Part shown: positions 17,914-26,693 of the stretch, in pieces
Layout of the letters: each line of letters opens with the position of its first letter
Position numbering within the stretch: the first letter of the stretch is position 1
Assembly (NCBI RefSeq): GCF_000018305.1
Contig: NC_009954.1
Coordinates: forward strand, 1,380,001-1,412,000
DNA: 32,000 nt
Source: Caldivirga maquilingensis IC-167
GTDB lineage: Archaea; Thermoproteota; Thermoprotei; Thermoproteales; Thermocladiaceae
Reading direction: 5' to 3'
Translations under genes and position numbers: made by a program
The notes under the pieces: generated by a model
Database searches by the model: none
The model's input: only the letters and a program-made list of their open reading frames with translations
Told to the model about the DNA's origin: nothing

Positions 17914-18945
17914 GTGTTTATGTCTTCAATGCCTGTTTACATTACCAGAAGGATTATAAACATGATCATTACGCTACTACTCTTAATAGCCATTGTCTTC
18001 ACTCTAATTCATGTGCTTGCACCATCACCTTACGCCTTAGCTAGGATTTGGGTTGGGGCTAGGGTTACTCCACAGGCTCTTCAAGCAGTGATTAAGACTT
18101 ATGGACTCGATAAGCCACTTTACATTCAATTCATAAACTACGTGGCTGATGTGTTCACAGGTAACTTCGGTATTGACACTATGTTCAAGAAGCCTGTACT
18201 GGAGGTAATGGCCACATACCTACCGTACACTCTTCAATTAGTCCTAACTGGTACAGTGATAGCGCTCATAATAGGTGTATTCACTGGGGCTATAGCTGGC
18301 GCTAGGAAGGATACTGGTACTGATTATGCAATAAGGATAATTTACCTTGTAACCTGGTCAATGCCCCCATTCCTAGTAGCCATACTACTACAATTACTAA
18401 TAGCCTACTACCTAGGCCTACTACCAGCCACTGGTGTTGTTAACCCAATATACACTCCACCTAAGCCAATTACCGGTTGGCCACTGTTGGATGCGGCTAT
18501 TGAGCATGATTGGCCATACTTCACCAGCATGATTAGGCACTTAATACTACCAGCCACCTCATTGGCATTAGTCTCCTTCGGTTTAACCACTAGGTTAATG
18601 AGGAACACGATGATTGACGTCATTAATAAGGATTACATTAGGACTGCAATAATGAAGGGCCTACCTGAGAGGAGTGTAATATATAAGCACGCCATGAGGA
18701 ATGCCCTAATACCAATAATAACAATAGCCGTATTAGCCTTCGCCACCTCAATAGCCGGGGCAGTGGTTATTGAGGATATATTCCAGTACCACGGTATGGG
18801 TTGGTTCACTACACAGGCTTTATTCAACCTTGATTACCCAACAATACTGGGCTTCACATTCATAGTGGGTATATCAATAATGGTAGCTAACCTGGTGGCT
18901 GACATACTCTACGCTGTAATTGACCCAAGGATTAGACTTGAGTAG
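17914..18945 (+). CDS. ABC transporter permease (DppB/OppB type)
   Basis: N-terminal ITRRIINMIITLLLL, six TM segments, and the EAA-like loop DYIRTAIMKGLPERSVIYKHAMRNALIP. The likely true start is ATG 17920, 25 nt downstream of the TATA-like AAACTTAAATATA at 17888-17900. Confidence 0.9.
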   Translation: MFMSSMPVYITRRIINMIITLLLLIAIVFTLIHVLAPSPYALARIWVGARVTPQALQAVIKTYGLDKPLYIQFINYVADVFTGNFGIDTMFKKPVLEVMATYLPYTLQLVLTGTVIALIIGVFTGAIAGARKDTGTDYAIRIIYLVTWSMPPFLVAILLQLLIAYYLGLLPATGVVNPIYTPPKPITGWPLLDAAIEHDWPYFTSMIRHLILPATSLALVSFGLTTRLMRNTMIDVINKDYIRTAIMKGLPERSVIYKHAMRNALIPIITIAVLAFATSIAGAVVIEDIFQYHGMGWFTTQALFNLDYPTILGFTFIVGISIMVANLVADILYAVIDPRIRLE

Positions 18946-18954
18946 GGTGGTTGC

Positions 18955-19857
18955 ATGTCAGTGGCTGTATTTGAGAATCCTAAATTAACCCTTAGGATTC
19001 TTTTAAGGAATCCATTATCGGCAATTGGTTTAATCATAATTGCGCTCTTCCTGGCTTGGTCACTTATCGAGGGTTCACTGCAGATTATCGGCTCATTAAC
19101 TAGGCACCCAAGCCTAGGCTGGGTTCTACTACCCCATAATCCAATGGCTGTTAATTTAGCCGCTGGTAATGAACCCCCATCTCCCAAGTACCTACTCGGT
19201 ACTAATGCTGAGGGTCAGGATATACTCAGTAGGATACTTTACGCAGCGCCCATTGATGCCTCAGTGAGCATTGTAACAGTCCTATCAGCCATAATTATTG
19301 GTGGCCTCCTAGGTATGTTAGCCGGTTACTACGGTGGGTGGATTGATGAGGCTATTGGTAGGATAACTGATGCGTTCCTTTCAATACCAGGCCTAATACT
19401 GCTTCTAGCCTTAACAATACTCATTGGTTCAGGCTACTTCCAGTCAATGATGGCTTTAATAATTGTTTGGTGGCCAATATACGCTAGGTTATCTAGGGCT
19501 CAGACGCTTTCAATAAAGGGTAGGTACTTCATTGACTCAGCAAGGTTATCCGGGTTAAGCGACTTCTGGATACTCATGAGGCACGTTTTCCCAAACATAA
19601 TAGACCCAGTCCTAGCCTACGCCACGTTAGACTTCGGTAACGTAATATTAACCTACGCCACATTAGGCTTCCTGGGCATTGGCATTAAGCCACCCACACC
19701 TGAATGGGGTGAGATGGTTAGTGCCGGGTTGAATGAGTTACCAGCCTACTGGTGGACTTCAATATTCCCGGGCCTGGCGATAACTATAATAGCCCTCAGC
19801 TTCGCCCTTGTTGGTGATGGGTTACAGGATATCCTAGTGGGTAGGGTGAATTACTGA
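18955..19857 (+). CDS. ABC transporter permease (DppC/OppC type)
   Basis: PLGTNAEGQDILSRILYAA (OppC N-terminal motif) and the EAA-like loop YFIDSARLSGLSDFWILMRHVFPN. Confidence 0.9.
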   Translation: MSVAVFENPKLTLRILLRNPLSAIGLIIIALFLAWSLIEGSLQIIGSLTRHPSLGWVLLPHNPMAVNLAAGNEPPSPKYLLGTNAEGQDILSRILYAAPIDASVSIVTVLSAIIIGGLLGMLAGYYGGWIDEAIGRITDAFLSIPGLILLLALTILIGSGYFQSMMALIIVWWPIYARLSRAQTLSIKGRYFIDSARLSGLSDFWILMRHVFPNIIDPVLAYATLDFGNVILTYATLGFLGIGIKPPTPEWGEMVSAGLNELPAYWWTSIFPGLAITIIALSFALVGDGLQDILVGRVNY

Positions 19858-20291
19858 TAGTAACCCAACTCCCTAAGCCTATTAATAATAATACCCTGCA
19901 CCCTCCACGGGTCCTTTACATCCCAAAGCCTAACACCGTAACCACCACCAATAATCATTACCCTCCCCCTACCCCCACTGGATGTGATTAAAATGACTGA
20001 ACCACAGTTGAATAACCTAGCCAATAGGCCCTGCGACACTAACACATCCTCAATATCCCAGTACCTCACCCTCACTCCCTTGCCGATTAACCCCTTAAAC
20101 TCAATGTAATCACTGGTTATTTCATAGGTGTGGGTGTGCTTGAATAATGCGTAGGCCATTACCATTACCCAGTATATTAGGATGAAGATGAGTAATGATG
20201 TGAGCTTATTAACGTTCAGTAGTGGTAGGATAATGAGTAGTGGTATTACTGCCTTAACCAGGGTCTTATTGATGACTGGTTTAAGAATCAT
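19851..20291 (-). CDS. membrane protein with two N-terminal TM helices and a bacterial-type PH (bPH_2/DUF304, YdbS-like) domain
   Basis: The TM helices are VKAVIPLLIILPLL and LTSLLIFILIYWVMVMAYALF. They are followed by YEITSDYIEFKGLIGKGVRVRYWDIEDVLVSQGLLARLFNCGSVILIT, the bPH_2 pattern (Y.iT...i....G......I....I..v...Q....r.....G.v.i.t). I place the start at ATG 20291, 1 nt from the ATPase stop at 20293-20295. The track's extension to 20345 overlaps the ATPase gene. Confidence 0.7.
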   Translation of the reverse strand: MILKPVINKTLVKAVIPLLIILPLLNVNKLTSLLIFILIYWVMVMAYALFKHTHTYEITSDYIEFKGLIGKGVRVRYWDIEDVLVSQGLLARLFNCGSVILITSSGGRGRVMIIGGGYGVRLWDVKDPWRVQGIIINRLRELGYYQ

Positions 20292-20292
20292 A

Positions 20293-21270
20293 CTACCTCT
20301 TGGCGTATAGCCAGCAGGCAACGTATATACCATTCTTAACCTCAATCATAGGCGGCTCCTCCCTACGGCAAATATCCATGGCGAATGGGCACCTTGGATG
20401 AAACCTACAACCCGGAGGCGGGTTAATTAGGCTACCAACCTCACCACTGGGTGGTTTTAAATCCCTCTTCCCAATATCAGGTATTGACTCTATTAAGGCT
20501 TGAGTATAGGGGTGTTGAGGCTCCTTCAACACGTTTAATGTATCTCCTGACTCAACTACCTTACCCATGTACATCACCATTATCTTATCGCTGAGGTACC
20601 TTGCCACTGATATGTTATGTGTTATGAGTAGGTAGGTTAACTTATGCCTCTCCTGGAGTTCAGCCAGTAGATTAAGTACCTGTGATTGAGTGGATACGTC
20701 TAGGGCTGAGGTTGGTTCATCAAGAACAATGAACTCTGGATTACTTATCACAGCCCTAGCCACCGCAACCCTCTGCCTCTGTCCACCACTAAGGTCACTG
20801 GGTCTTCTTTCAGCGAGGGATTGCTCAAGCCCAACCTCCTCCATAATCTTAAACACCCTCTCACTTAACTCACTCCCCTTAATCCCCCTAGCTACTAATG
20901 GTTCAGCAATAATATCCCTAACCCTCATCCTTGGGTCCAGGCTTGAGTAAGGGTCCTGGAAAACCATCTGAACCCTCGTCCTAAACCTCTTCAATTCATG
21001 ACCCTTAAGGGAGGTTACGTCAACATTATTGAAGAATATTCTACCTGACGTGGGAGTCTCCAGTGTTGTTAATAACCTACCTAGGGTTGTCTTACCACTA
21101 CCACTCTCACCCACTAGGGCGGTTGTTAGAGCCCTCTCCACTGTTATGTTAACGTTATCCACAGCCCTAACGTATATTGGCTTCTCCCTGAAAATCCTCT
21201 CCAATAAGCCGTACTTCTTAGCCAGGAACCACTTTGATAACTCCTTCGTTCTAATTAAGGCTTCAGGCAT
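20293..21270 (-). CDS. ABC transporter ATP-binding protein (OppF/DppF type)
   Basis: Walker A (GESGSGKTT), signature (LSGGQRQRVAVARA), and Walker B (FIVLDEPTSALD). The C-terminal Opp-type Cys motif is PPPGCRFHPRCPFAMDIC. Confidence 0.93.
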   Translation of the reverse strand: MPEALIRTKELSKWFLAKKYGLLERIFREKPIYVRAVDNVNITVERALTTALVGESGSGKTTLGRLLTTLETPTSGRIFFNNVDVTSLKGHELKRFRTRVQMVFQDPYSSLDPRMRVRDIIAEPLVARGIKGSELSERVFKIMEEVGLEQSLAERRPSDLSGGQRQRVAVARAVISNPEFIVLDEPTSALDVSTQSQVLNLLAELQERHKLTYLLITHNISVARYLSDKIMVMYMGKVVESGDTLNVLKEPQHPYTQALIESIPDIGKRDLKPPSGEVGSLINPPPGCRFHPRCPFAMDICRREEPPMIEVKNGIYVACWLYAKR

Positions 21271-22231
21271 AGAGGTGGCACCTCACCCTCCTATTCTCAA
21301 CATTCTTAAGTTGAGGCATTACCTTAATACACGTGTCAGTGGCGTATGGGCACCTTGGGTGGAATCTACAGCCTGAGGGTGGGTTAATTAGGCTTGGTAC
21401 CGCACCGCTTATTATAGGTAACTTACCCTCATACTTACTTATCCTCGGTAAACTACTCAATAACCCCTGCGTGTATGGGTGGTAGGGTTTAGTGATTACA
21501 TCACTCATTAAACCCTCCTCAACTATTTGACCAGCGTACATTACCATTACCTTATCCCCAATTATTGACGCCACCGCTAAGTCATGGGTTATGAATATTA
21601 TTGATAAATTATATTCATTCTTAAGATCCTTAAGCAGTTTAAGTATTTGGGCCTGAACAGTCACGTCGAGGGCTGAGGTTGGTTCATCAGCAATATATAG
21701 TTTAGGCCTCATGAGGAGGCCCATGGCTATCATAATCCTCTGAATCTGTCCACCACTCAATTGATGAGGGTACCTCTCTATAATGATCTCAGGGTCAGGC
21801 ATCCTCACATCCCTAAGCGTACTTATTATCTCCTTCAAGGCCTCGCCCTCATCAAAGGGCTCATTACTCCTAAGTCTCCTAATCCTAACAGCCTCCATTA
21901 ACTGATCCTTAATTCTATAAACTGGGTTAAGACTATTAGCCGGCTCCTGAAACACCATGAATATACCAGTACCCCTAATTACCCTTAATTCACTTGGACT
22001 TAACCTAGCTAAATCCACGCCCTCAAAAATAATACTACCCCTAAACCTAGCATTAGGCGGCAGTAATCTACTTATGGCTAATGCAAGTGTTGATTTACCT
22101 GAACCGCTCTCACCAACAACAGCAATGGCCTCGCCCTCATTCAGTGTAAAGGATACGTCATCAAGAGCCTTAACAGTACCGAAAGGTGTCCTATATGTGA
22201 CGCTAAGATCCTTAACCTCCAATAGAGCCAC
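21263..22231 (-). CDS. ABC transporter ATP-binding protein (OppD/DppD type)
   Basis: Walker A (GESGSGKST), LSGGQIQRIMIAMGL, and LYIADEPTSALD. The C-terminal motif is PPSGCRFHPRCPYATDTC. An 8-nt overlap joins it to the downstream ATPase gene. Confidence 0.93.
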   Translation of the reverse strand: MALLEVKDLSVTYRTPFGTVKALDDVSFTLNEGEAIAVVGESGSGKSTLALAISRLLPPNARFRGSIIFEGVDLARLSPSELRVIRGTGIFMVFQEPANSLNPVYRIKDQLMEAVRIRRLRSNEPFDEGEALKEIISTLRDVRMPDPEIIIERYPHQLSGGQIQRIMIAMGLLMRPKLYIADEPTSALDVTVQAQILKLLKDLKNEYNLSIIFITHDLAVASIIGDKVMVMYAGQIVEEGLMSDVITKPYHPYTQGLLSSLPRISKYEGKLPIISGAVPSLINPPSGCRFHPRCPYATDTCIKVMPQLKNVENRRVRCHLYA

Positions 22232-22310
22232 TTTAAAGCCGAAGTAGTGATTAATTATAAACTTTACCCAAATTCAGCTTGCTTCACGCCACCAGTATTA
22301 ATAAACTGGT

Positions 22311-22326
22311 ATAATGAATTCATTAT
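22311..22326. promoter_or_regulatory. perfect 16-bp palindrome ATAATGAATTCATTAT in the divergent ABC promoter region, abutting the inverted repeat ACCAGT-N8-ACTGGT (22291-22310)
   Basis: Read directly. It lies between the ATPase operon start (22231, minus strand) and the binding-protein start (22417, plus strand). Its function is inferred only. Confidence 0.3.
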
Positions 22327-22385
22327 AGTAATTGCTCCTAAAATATGGGATTAACGTAATAAAGTGATGCGTCATTATAATAAAA

Positions 22386-22394
22386 CTTTTAAAC
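22386..22394 (+). promoter_or_regulatory. TATA-like box (CTTTTAAAC) for the binding-protein gene
   Basis: Centred 27 nt upstream of ATG 22417, the spacing expected for a leaderless crenarchaeal mRNA. Confidence 0.4.
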
Positions 22395-22416
22395 TATTAG
22401 AGGTTACAGACAATTT

Positions 22417-24621
22417 ATGAACATGAATGGAATCTCCAGGAGTGTTTTGGCTGCTGTGGTTGTGGTTGTTGTGGTTGTTGCTGTGGCTGGTTATGTGGGG
22501 TATTATTATGCGACTCATCCTAAGGTTGTTACGACTACTGTGGTTTCAACGTCAGCCACAACAGTAACCACCACAACAGCCGTAACCACAACAACCGCTA
22601 CAACAGTAACAACATCAACAGCAACAACAGTAACCACAGCCACCACAGTAACAACATCAACGGCTACAACATCCACCGTAGCTGTGGTAACCACCACTAC
22701 TACCGCCCCATACACGGTTAAGTTAACTGCACCTAATCCAAGTGAGTTAATTGATGTATCCCAGGTAGCTGCACCGGATTGTCTTGACCCGGCAACTGGA
22801 TTCTATGTTCAGGATGGGCCAATATTCGCTGTGGTGTTTCAGGGGTTGGTTGGGTTTAATGGTAGTAATTATATGCAGATTGTCCCAGTCATTGCTAAGA
22901 ATTGGAGCACACCTGATGATCAACACTGGTACTTCACCATTAGACACCACGTGTGGTTTAGTAACGGTGACCCAGTTAACGCCACTACTGTCTGGTTCAG
23001 CATATATAGGACTATACTCATGGGTCAGGGCCCAGGAATAAGTAATTACGGTAACATACTCTATAATATTACTAAGGCTACTTTAACCGGTTACTTCATA
23101 CCATGGGGTGCATGCCATGCCTTAGCCTACGCAACGGGTAATAACGCCTACCTAAGTAATGCAACCCTATGCGCCTACGCCTTGGCTAATGTTTTAAGCA
23201 ACTTCAATGTTGCTAATGCGACGATACAGAAGATAATGAGTTACCCCAATCAGGCAATAGTCGTGTTGAATCCCTTTGAAGTTGAGATAACAACATTGAA
23301 GCCTTACCCACTATTCCTATCTGATATTGCGGCCTGGTGGGGTTTCGTAGTTGACCCAGTCTTCATTGATTCACACGGTGGTGTTCAACCCAATACGCCT
23401 AACTCAGAGCTATGCACTACACCAATGCCTGGCACTGGACCATATATCATTAAGAGTTACACACCTGGTGAGGAGCTCCTACTAGTTAATAATACTGATT
23501 ACTGGGTTTACTACTACTATAACCATGGTATGGCAAGTGAGATTCCGTGGATTATTCAACCAGCCCACATTACCTACATTGATGTTAAATACGGCCTAGA
23601 CACCACTGATAGGATTGAGGACTTCGTTAAGAATATTGCGCAAATAACAACAGTATCAACAATAACTATGCCTGAATTGGTTAAATTATACTCATCAGCC
23701 ACAGGTATACCGAGCGGTAACTGGAGCCTATACATTCACAACTTCGGGCCAAGTGGCTGTGTCTTCTACTTAAGCTTCAATAACTACGTCTGGCCTACTA
23801 ACGACACTGACTTTAGGTTAGCTATAGTTCACGCCTTAAATGCAACAGCATTGCTTCAACCATACTATGCATTAGGCATGTACTGGGCCACAACCTATGT
23901 TGGACCTATCGCACCCAACTTCAAGCCATACTACAACCCAGATAACTTACCTGTTTACCAGTATAACCTAACCCTAGCCTTACAGTACCTTGTTAAGTTC
24001 CTTGATAAGTACGGTTACTACGTTGTCTTACCCAATGGTACAGCAATAGGTGATACTAGTGGTACTCAATTACCGACAATTAACATAGTTACCATTGCGC
24101 CGTTAACCACGTTCACTAAGGAGCAGTTTGAGATTATTCAAAGTGAATTAGCACAAATAGGTGTACCGGTTTCACTCCAGTTGGTTACTGCGTCAGCCAC
24201 TGATGATTGGGTTACCCCAAGTGGAACACCGGCTATAGTGGATTTAGGCTGGTGCCCAGATTGGCCTGACCCATTATTCCAGGAAATGTGGCCACTGACC
24301 AATATAATAAATGGTGGTATTAGCGGTAACTTAGCTTGGTTCAACAATAGTCTAGTCAATAATATTACTAATGAATTACCCTTCATAACTAATTTAACTG
24401 AGCAGTTGAGGCTTGATGCTGAGGTTTATAAGATAACGTATAATGAGGCACCGTACTACTGGCTACCAACTGGTTTAGAATACATGATTGTTCAACCATA
24501 TGTGAAAGGCGTGATCTACAACCCATACTTAAGCTACTACTACAACACAATGTACTATGTACCATTCACCGCCACATTCTATAAGACAGTAACCACAACC
24601 ACTACAACCACGTCAAGTTAA
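22417..24621 (+). CDS. ABC transporter substrate-binding protein, family 5 (Opp/Dpp type), with N-terminal TM anchor plus poly-Thr linker
   Basis: N-terminal VLAAVVVVVVVVAVAGYVGYYY is followed by about 60 aa of T/V/A/S. The SBP_bac_5 core follows (HWYFTIRHHVWFSNGDPVNATTVWFSIYR). There are many N-x-S/T sequons and a short C-terminal TVTTTTTTTSS tail. Confidence 0.88.
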   Translation: MNMNGISRSVLAAVVVVVVVVAVAGYVGYYYATHPKVVTTTVVSTSATTVTTTTAVTTTTATTVTTSTATTVTTATTVTTSTATTSTVAVVTTTTTAPYTVKLTAPNPSELIDVSQVAAPDCLDPATGFYVQDGPIFAVVFQGLVGFNGSNYMQIVPVIAKNWSTPDDQHWYFTIRHHVWFSNGDPVNATTVWFSIYRTILMGQGPGISNYGNILYNITKATLTGYFIPWGACHALAYATGNNAYLSNATLCAYALANVLSNFNVANATIQKIMSYPNQAIVVLNPFEVEITTLKPYPLFLSDIAAWWGFVVDPVFIDSHGGVQPNTPNSELCTTPMPGTGPYIIKSYTPGEELLLVNNTDYWVYYYYNHGMASEIPWIIQPAHITYIDVKYGLDTTDRIEDFVKNIAQITTVSTITMPELVKLYSSATGIPSGNWSLYIHNFGPSGCVFYLSFNNYVWPTNDTDFRLAIVHALNATALLQPYYALGMYWATTYVGPIAPNFKPYYNPDNLPVYQYNLTLALQYLVKFLDKYGYYVVLPNGTAIGDTSGTQLPTINIVTIAPLTTFTKEQFEIIQSELAQIGVPVSLQLVTASATDDWVTPSGTPAIVDLGWCPDWPDPLFQEMWPLTNIINGGISGNLAWFNNSLVNNITNELPFITNLTEQLRLDAEVYKITYNEAPYYWLPTGLEYMIVQPYVKGVIYNPYLSYYYNTMYYVPFTATFYKTVTTTTTTTSS
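22525..22707 (+). repeat. coding Thr-rich low-complexity linker with internal repeats (ATTVTTSTATTVTT)
   Basis: Read directly. acagtaacaacatcaac(a/g)gc recurs with about a 42-nt period. The antisense strand produces the artefactual ORF 22515..22715. Confidence 0.85.
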
Positions 24622-24773
24622 TTAAATCATTAGTGTTAAAACATTCAAATTCTTATTACTTTATTATTTAATCCCTATTCATTAATCAATGCCCCTTAAT
24701 GCAATGCGTATTGTCCCTAAATCCACGAAAAATAACTGAACGTAAGCCTTATATTAGGTAATTGACTTGAAGA

Positions 24774-26648
24774 TTGATTAAGTTTATGACTGGTTCCAGT
24801 ACTGTGGGCAGTAGGTTAATGCCGTGGGTAATGATAATTGCATCACCTATTCTAGCAGCCATCCAGTTAAGTAGGGGGAGTTGGGTTATTGACTTAGTAT
24901 TTTGGTTAATGCTAATTGGAGTCACTGCACAATTCCTAAGCATGCTTAATGCTAAGTGGAGTTTAGCTGCATTACTACTAGTCGCTGGCTTCTCCTTAGC
25001 ATGGTTGGGTAGGATTGGTTTAGTCTTCAATTACTTCATAATAACTAATGGGCTTTATCAATTAATTGGCGCGGAAAGCTGGGGTCCAATGCCTGCATCA
25101 GTGGCTTTAGCCATTATAATGGTTGCTGGTTTTGACACCTATAGTGTGGGTTTAATACTCATGGGTTATGAATCAGGTAATTTAACCATTAGGGAGGCAC
25201 TGCGTGGGGTAATGAATTACTTAGTTGATTTCATGCTTAAGTACAGTTACCTCATAGCCTTCCTAATACCATTCATTATCCGTCTAATCCCGGAGATAGT
25301 GTCATGGCCGTGGTTCGTCGGCTACGATACACCTGAATACGCGGCAACACTCATGGACATGCTTATTAGGCCTGAATTCATCCACACCTGGTGGTATGAT
25401 GGATGGACAATGCTTCCCCCATTACTATTCCTAGTACTTTACCCAATTGCCCACGTTGCATCACCCTGGTTAATATTTAAGTTTAATGACGCCGTATTAC
25501 TTGGCTTAATTGGAGTCTCAATGAATCTAATGTTGAGGAGAATGGGGTTTAGTAGGGGGGATGCGTTATTAGCTTCATTACTGGCTGCACTTTACCCAAC
25601 CATGTATACGTTATCCTGGGAATTCGCAATGCTTATGCTTGGCCTAATCATGCTGATGCTAACCCTTACTGTGATGCATGTTCACATTGAGTCGGGTAAA
25701 CGCCACTGGCTAGTGCTAATGGCCTTAACAGTATTATCAGCCTTAGCCCACCAGGTCTCGGCAACGTTAACGGCATTAGTATTCATAACGTACTTCATCA
25801 TTAAGGATAGGGACCCAAGGTGGCTTGGGTTAGCATTAATAGGCATTGCCGCTGATGCAGTCTACACAAACTTCACTATACTAAATGTAACCCGAACCAC
25901 CAGTGGTGCCTTAACAGTATCAAGCAGTCTCATAGCTGGCTCAACTACCTCACCATATCAGGCTCTTGAAGGGTACTTGATTCAACTCATAATTAATTAC
26001 TGGCCATTAATCATCCTAGTCAGCCATGGGTTAAGGAGGGGTAACTTCATAATCTACTCGCTATTAGCCTGGATACTGATTATACTACTGCCTTCAGCCC
26101 TAATACCCAGTGAAAGCTTTGTATCATGGTGGATTTGGTCACTAATGTTACCAATACCATTAGCCCCATTATTAACTAGGCCTAGGGCTCTTTCATTAAT
26201 TATCTTAGCCTTGGTGATTTTACTTGATGTATCGTGGTCATGGTCAACTTTAGTGAATTACATATTCTCCACCATTGGGCCTGAAGCCACACTGGTTCAG
26301 GGTATTTACCCAAGGGCCTGCGTTATGACTCCAATGGAGAATTACGCTTATGATGCTGGATTATACATTGTTAATCACCTTAATGGTACATACGTCACTG
26401 GTTACTGCCTATACACCTTCATACACTTAGCTGATAGGTTTGGGGCCAATGTAATAGCATCATACGACCCATTAGGCACAGCGTTGAGGCTGAATGGTAC
26501 AGTGTACCTTGTCACCACCCAGTATTTAAGTAACTACACGTTAATAGCCAGGTTTGGGAATGTTGAAATACTCCCATATAACACTGGTGTGGCGTATCCA
26601 GTGTACGTATTCCTTATCAAAAACGATACGAGTAGCCTTAATGGCTAG
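24774..26648 (+). CDS. polytopic integral membrane protein (>=12 hydrophobic segments) with a C-terminal soluble domain; possible GT-C-type glycosyltransferase
   Basis: Hydrophobic helices run from about aa 15 to 500. An early extracytoplasmic-loop motif, WPWFVGYDTPEYAATL, resembles the acidic D/E-x-x-x-Y loop of GT-C enzymes. The C-terminal ~120 aa are non-hydrophobic and carry N-x-T sequons. The likely start is ATG 24786, 32 nt after CTTATATTAGG. The functional call is weak. Confidence 0.35.
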   Translation: MIKFMTGSSTVGSRLMPWVMIIASPILAAIQLSRGSWVIDLVFWLMLIGVTAQFLSMLNAKWSLAALLLVAGFSLAWLGRIGLVFNYFIITNGLYQLIGAESWGPMPASVALAIIMVAGFDTYSVGLILMGYESGNLTIREALRGVMNYLVDFMLKYSYLIAFLIPFIIRLIPEIVSWPWFVGYDTPEYAATLMDMLIRPEFIHTWWYDGWTMLPPLLFLVLYPIAHVASPWLIFKFNDAVLLGLIGVSMNLMLRRMGFSRGDALLASLLAALYPTMYTLSWEFAMLMLGLIMLMLTLTVMHVHIESGKRHWLVLMALTVLSALAHQVSATLTALVFITYFIIKDRDPRWLGLALIGIAADAVYTNFTILNVTRTTSGALTVSSSLIAGSTTSPYQALEGYLIQLIINYWPLIILVSHGLRRGNFIIYSLLAWILIILLPSALIPSESFVSWWIWSLMLPIPLAPLLTRPRALSLIILALVILLDVSWSWSTLVNYIFSTIGPEATLVQGIYPRACVMTPMENYAYDAGLYIVNHLNGTYVTGYCLYTFIHLADRFGANVIASYDPLGTALRLNGTVYLVTTQYLSNYTLIARFGNVEILPYNTGVAYPVYVFLIKNDTSSLNG

Positions 26649-26662
26649 TTTAATTGGGTAAA

Positions 26663-26672
26663 GGTTAAATAG
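26663..26672 (+). promoter_or_regulatory. TATA-like box (GGTTAAATAG) for rpl14
   Basis: Centred 27 nt upstream of ATG 26694. Confidence 0.4.
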
Positions 26673-26693
26673 ACCAGGTTAGCGTGTTTCACT

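Noticed and set aside
25386-25406. TWWYDGW resembling the STT3/AglB WWDYG catalytic motif
   Set aside because: The residue order differs, and the motif sits at about aa 205 between early TM segments. In oligosaccharyltransferases it lies after the 13th TM helix at the start of the soluble domain. I treat it as coincidental. The weaker GT-C idea rests on the DTPEY loop instead.
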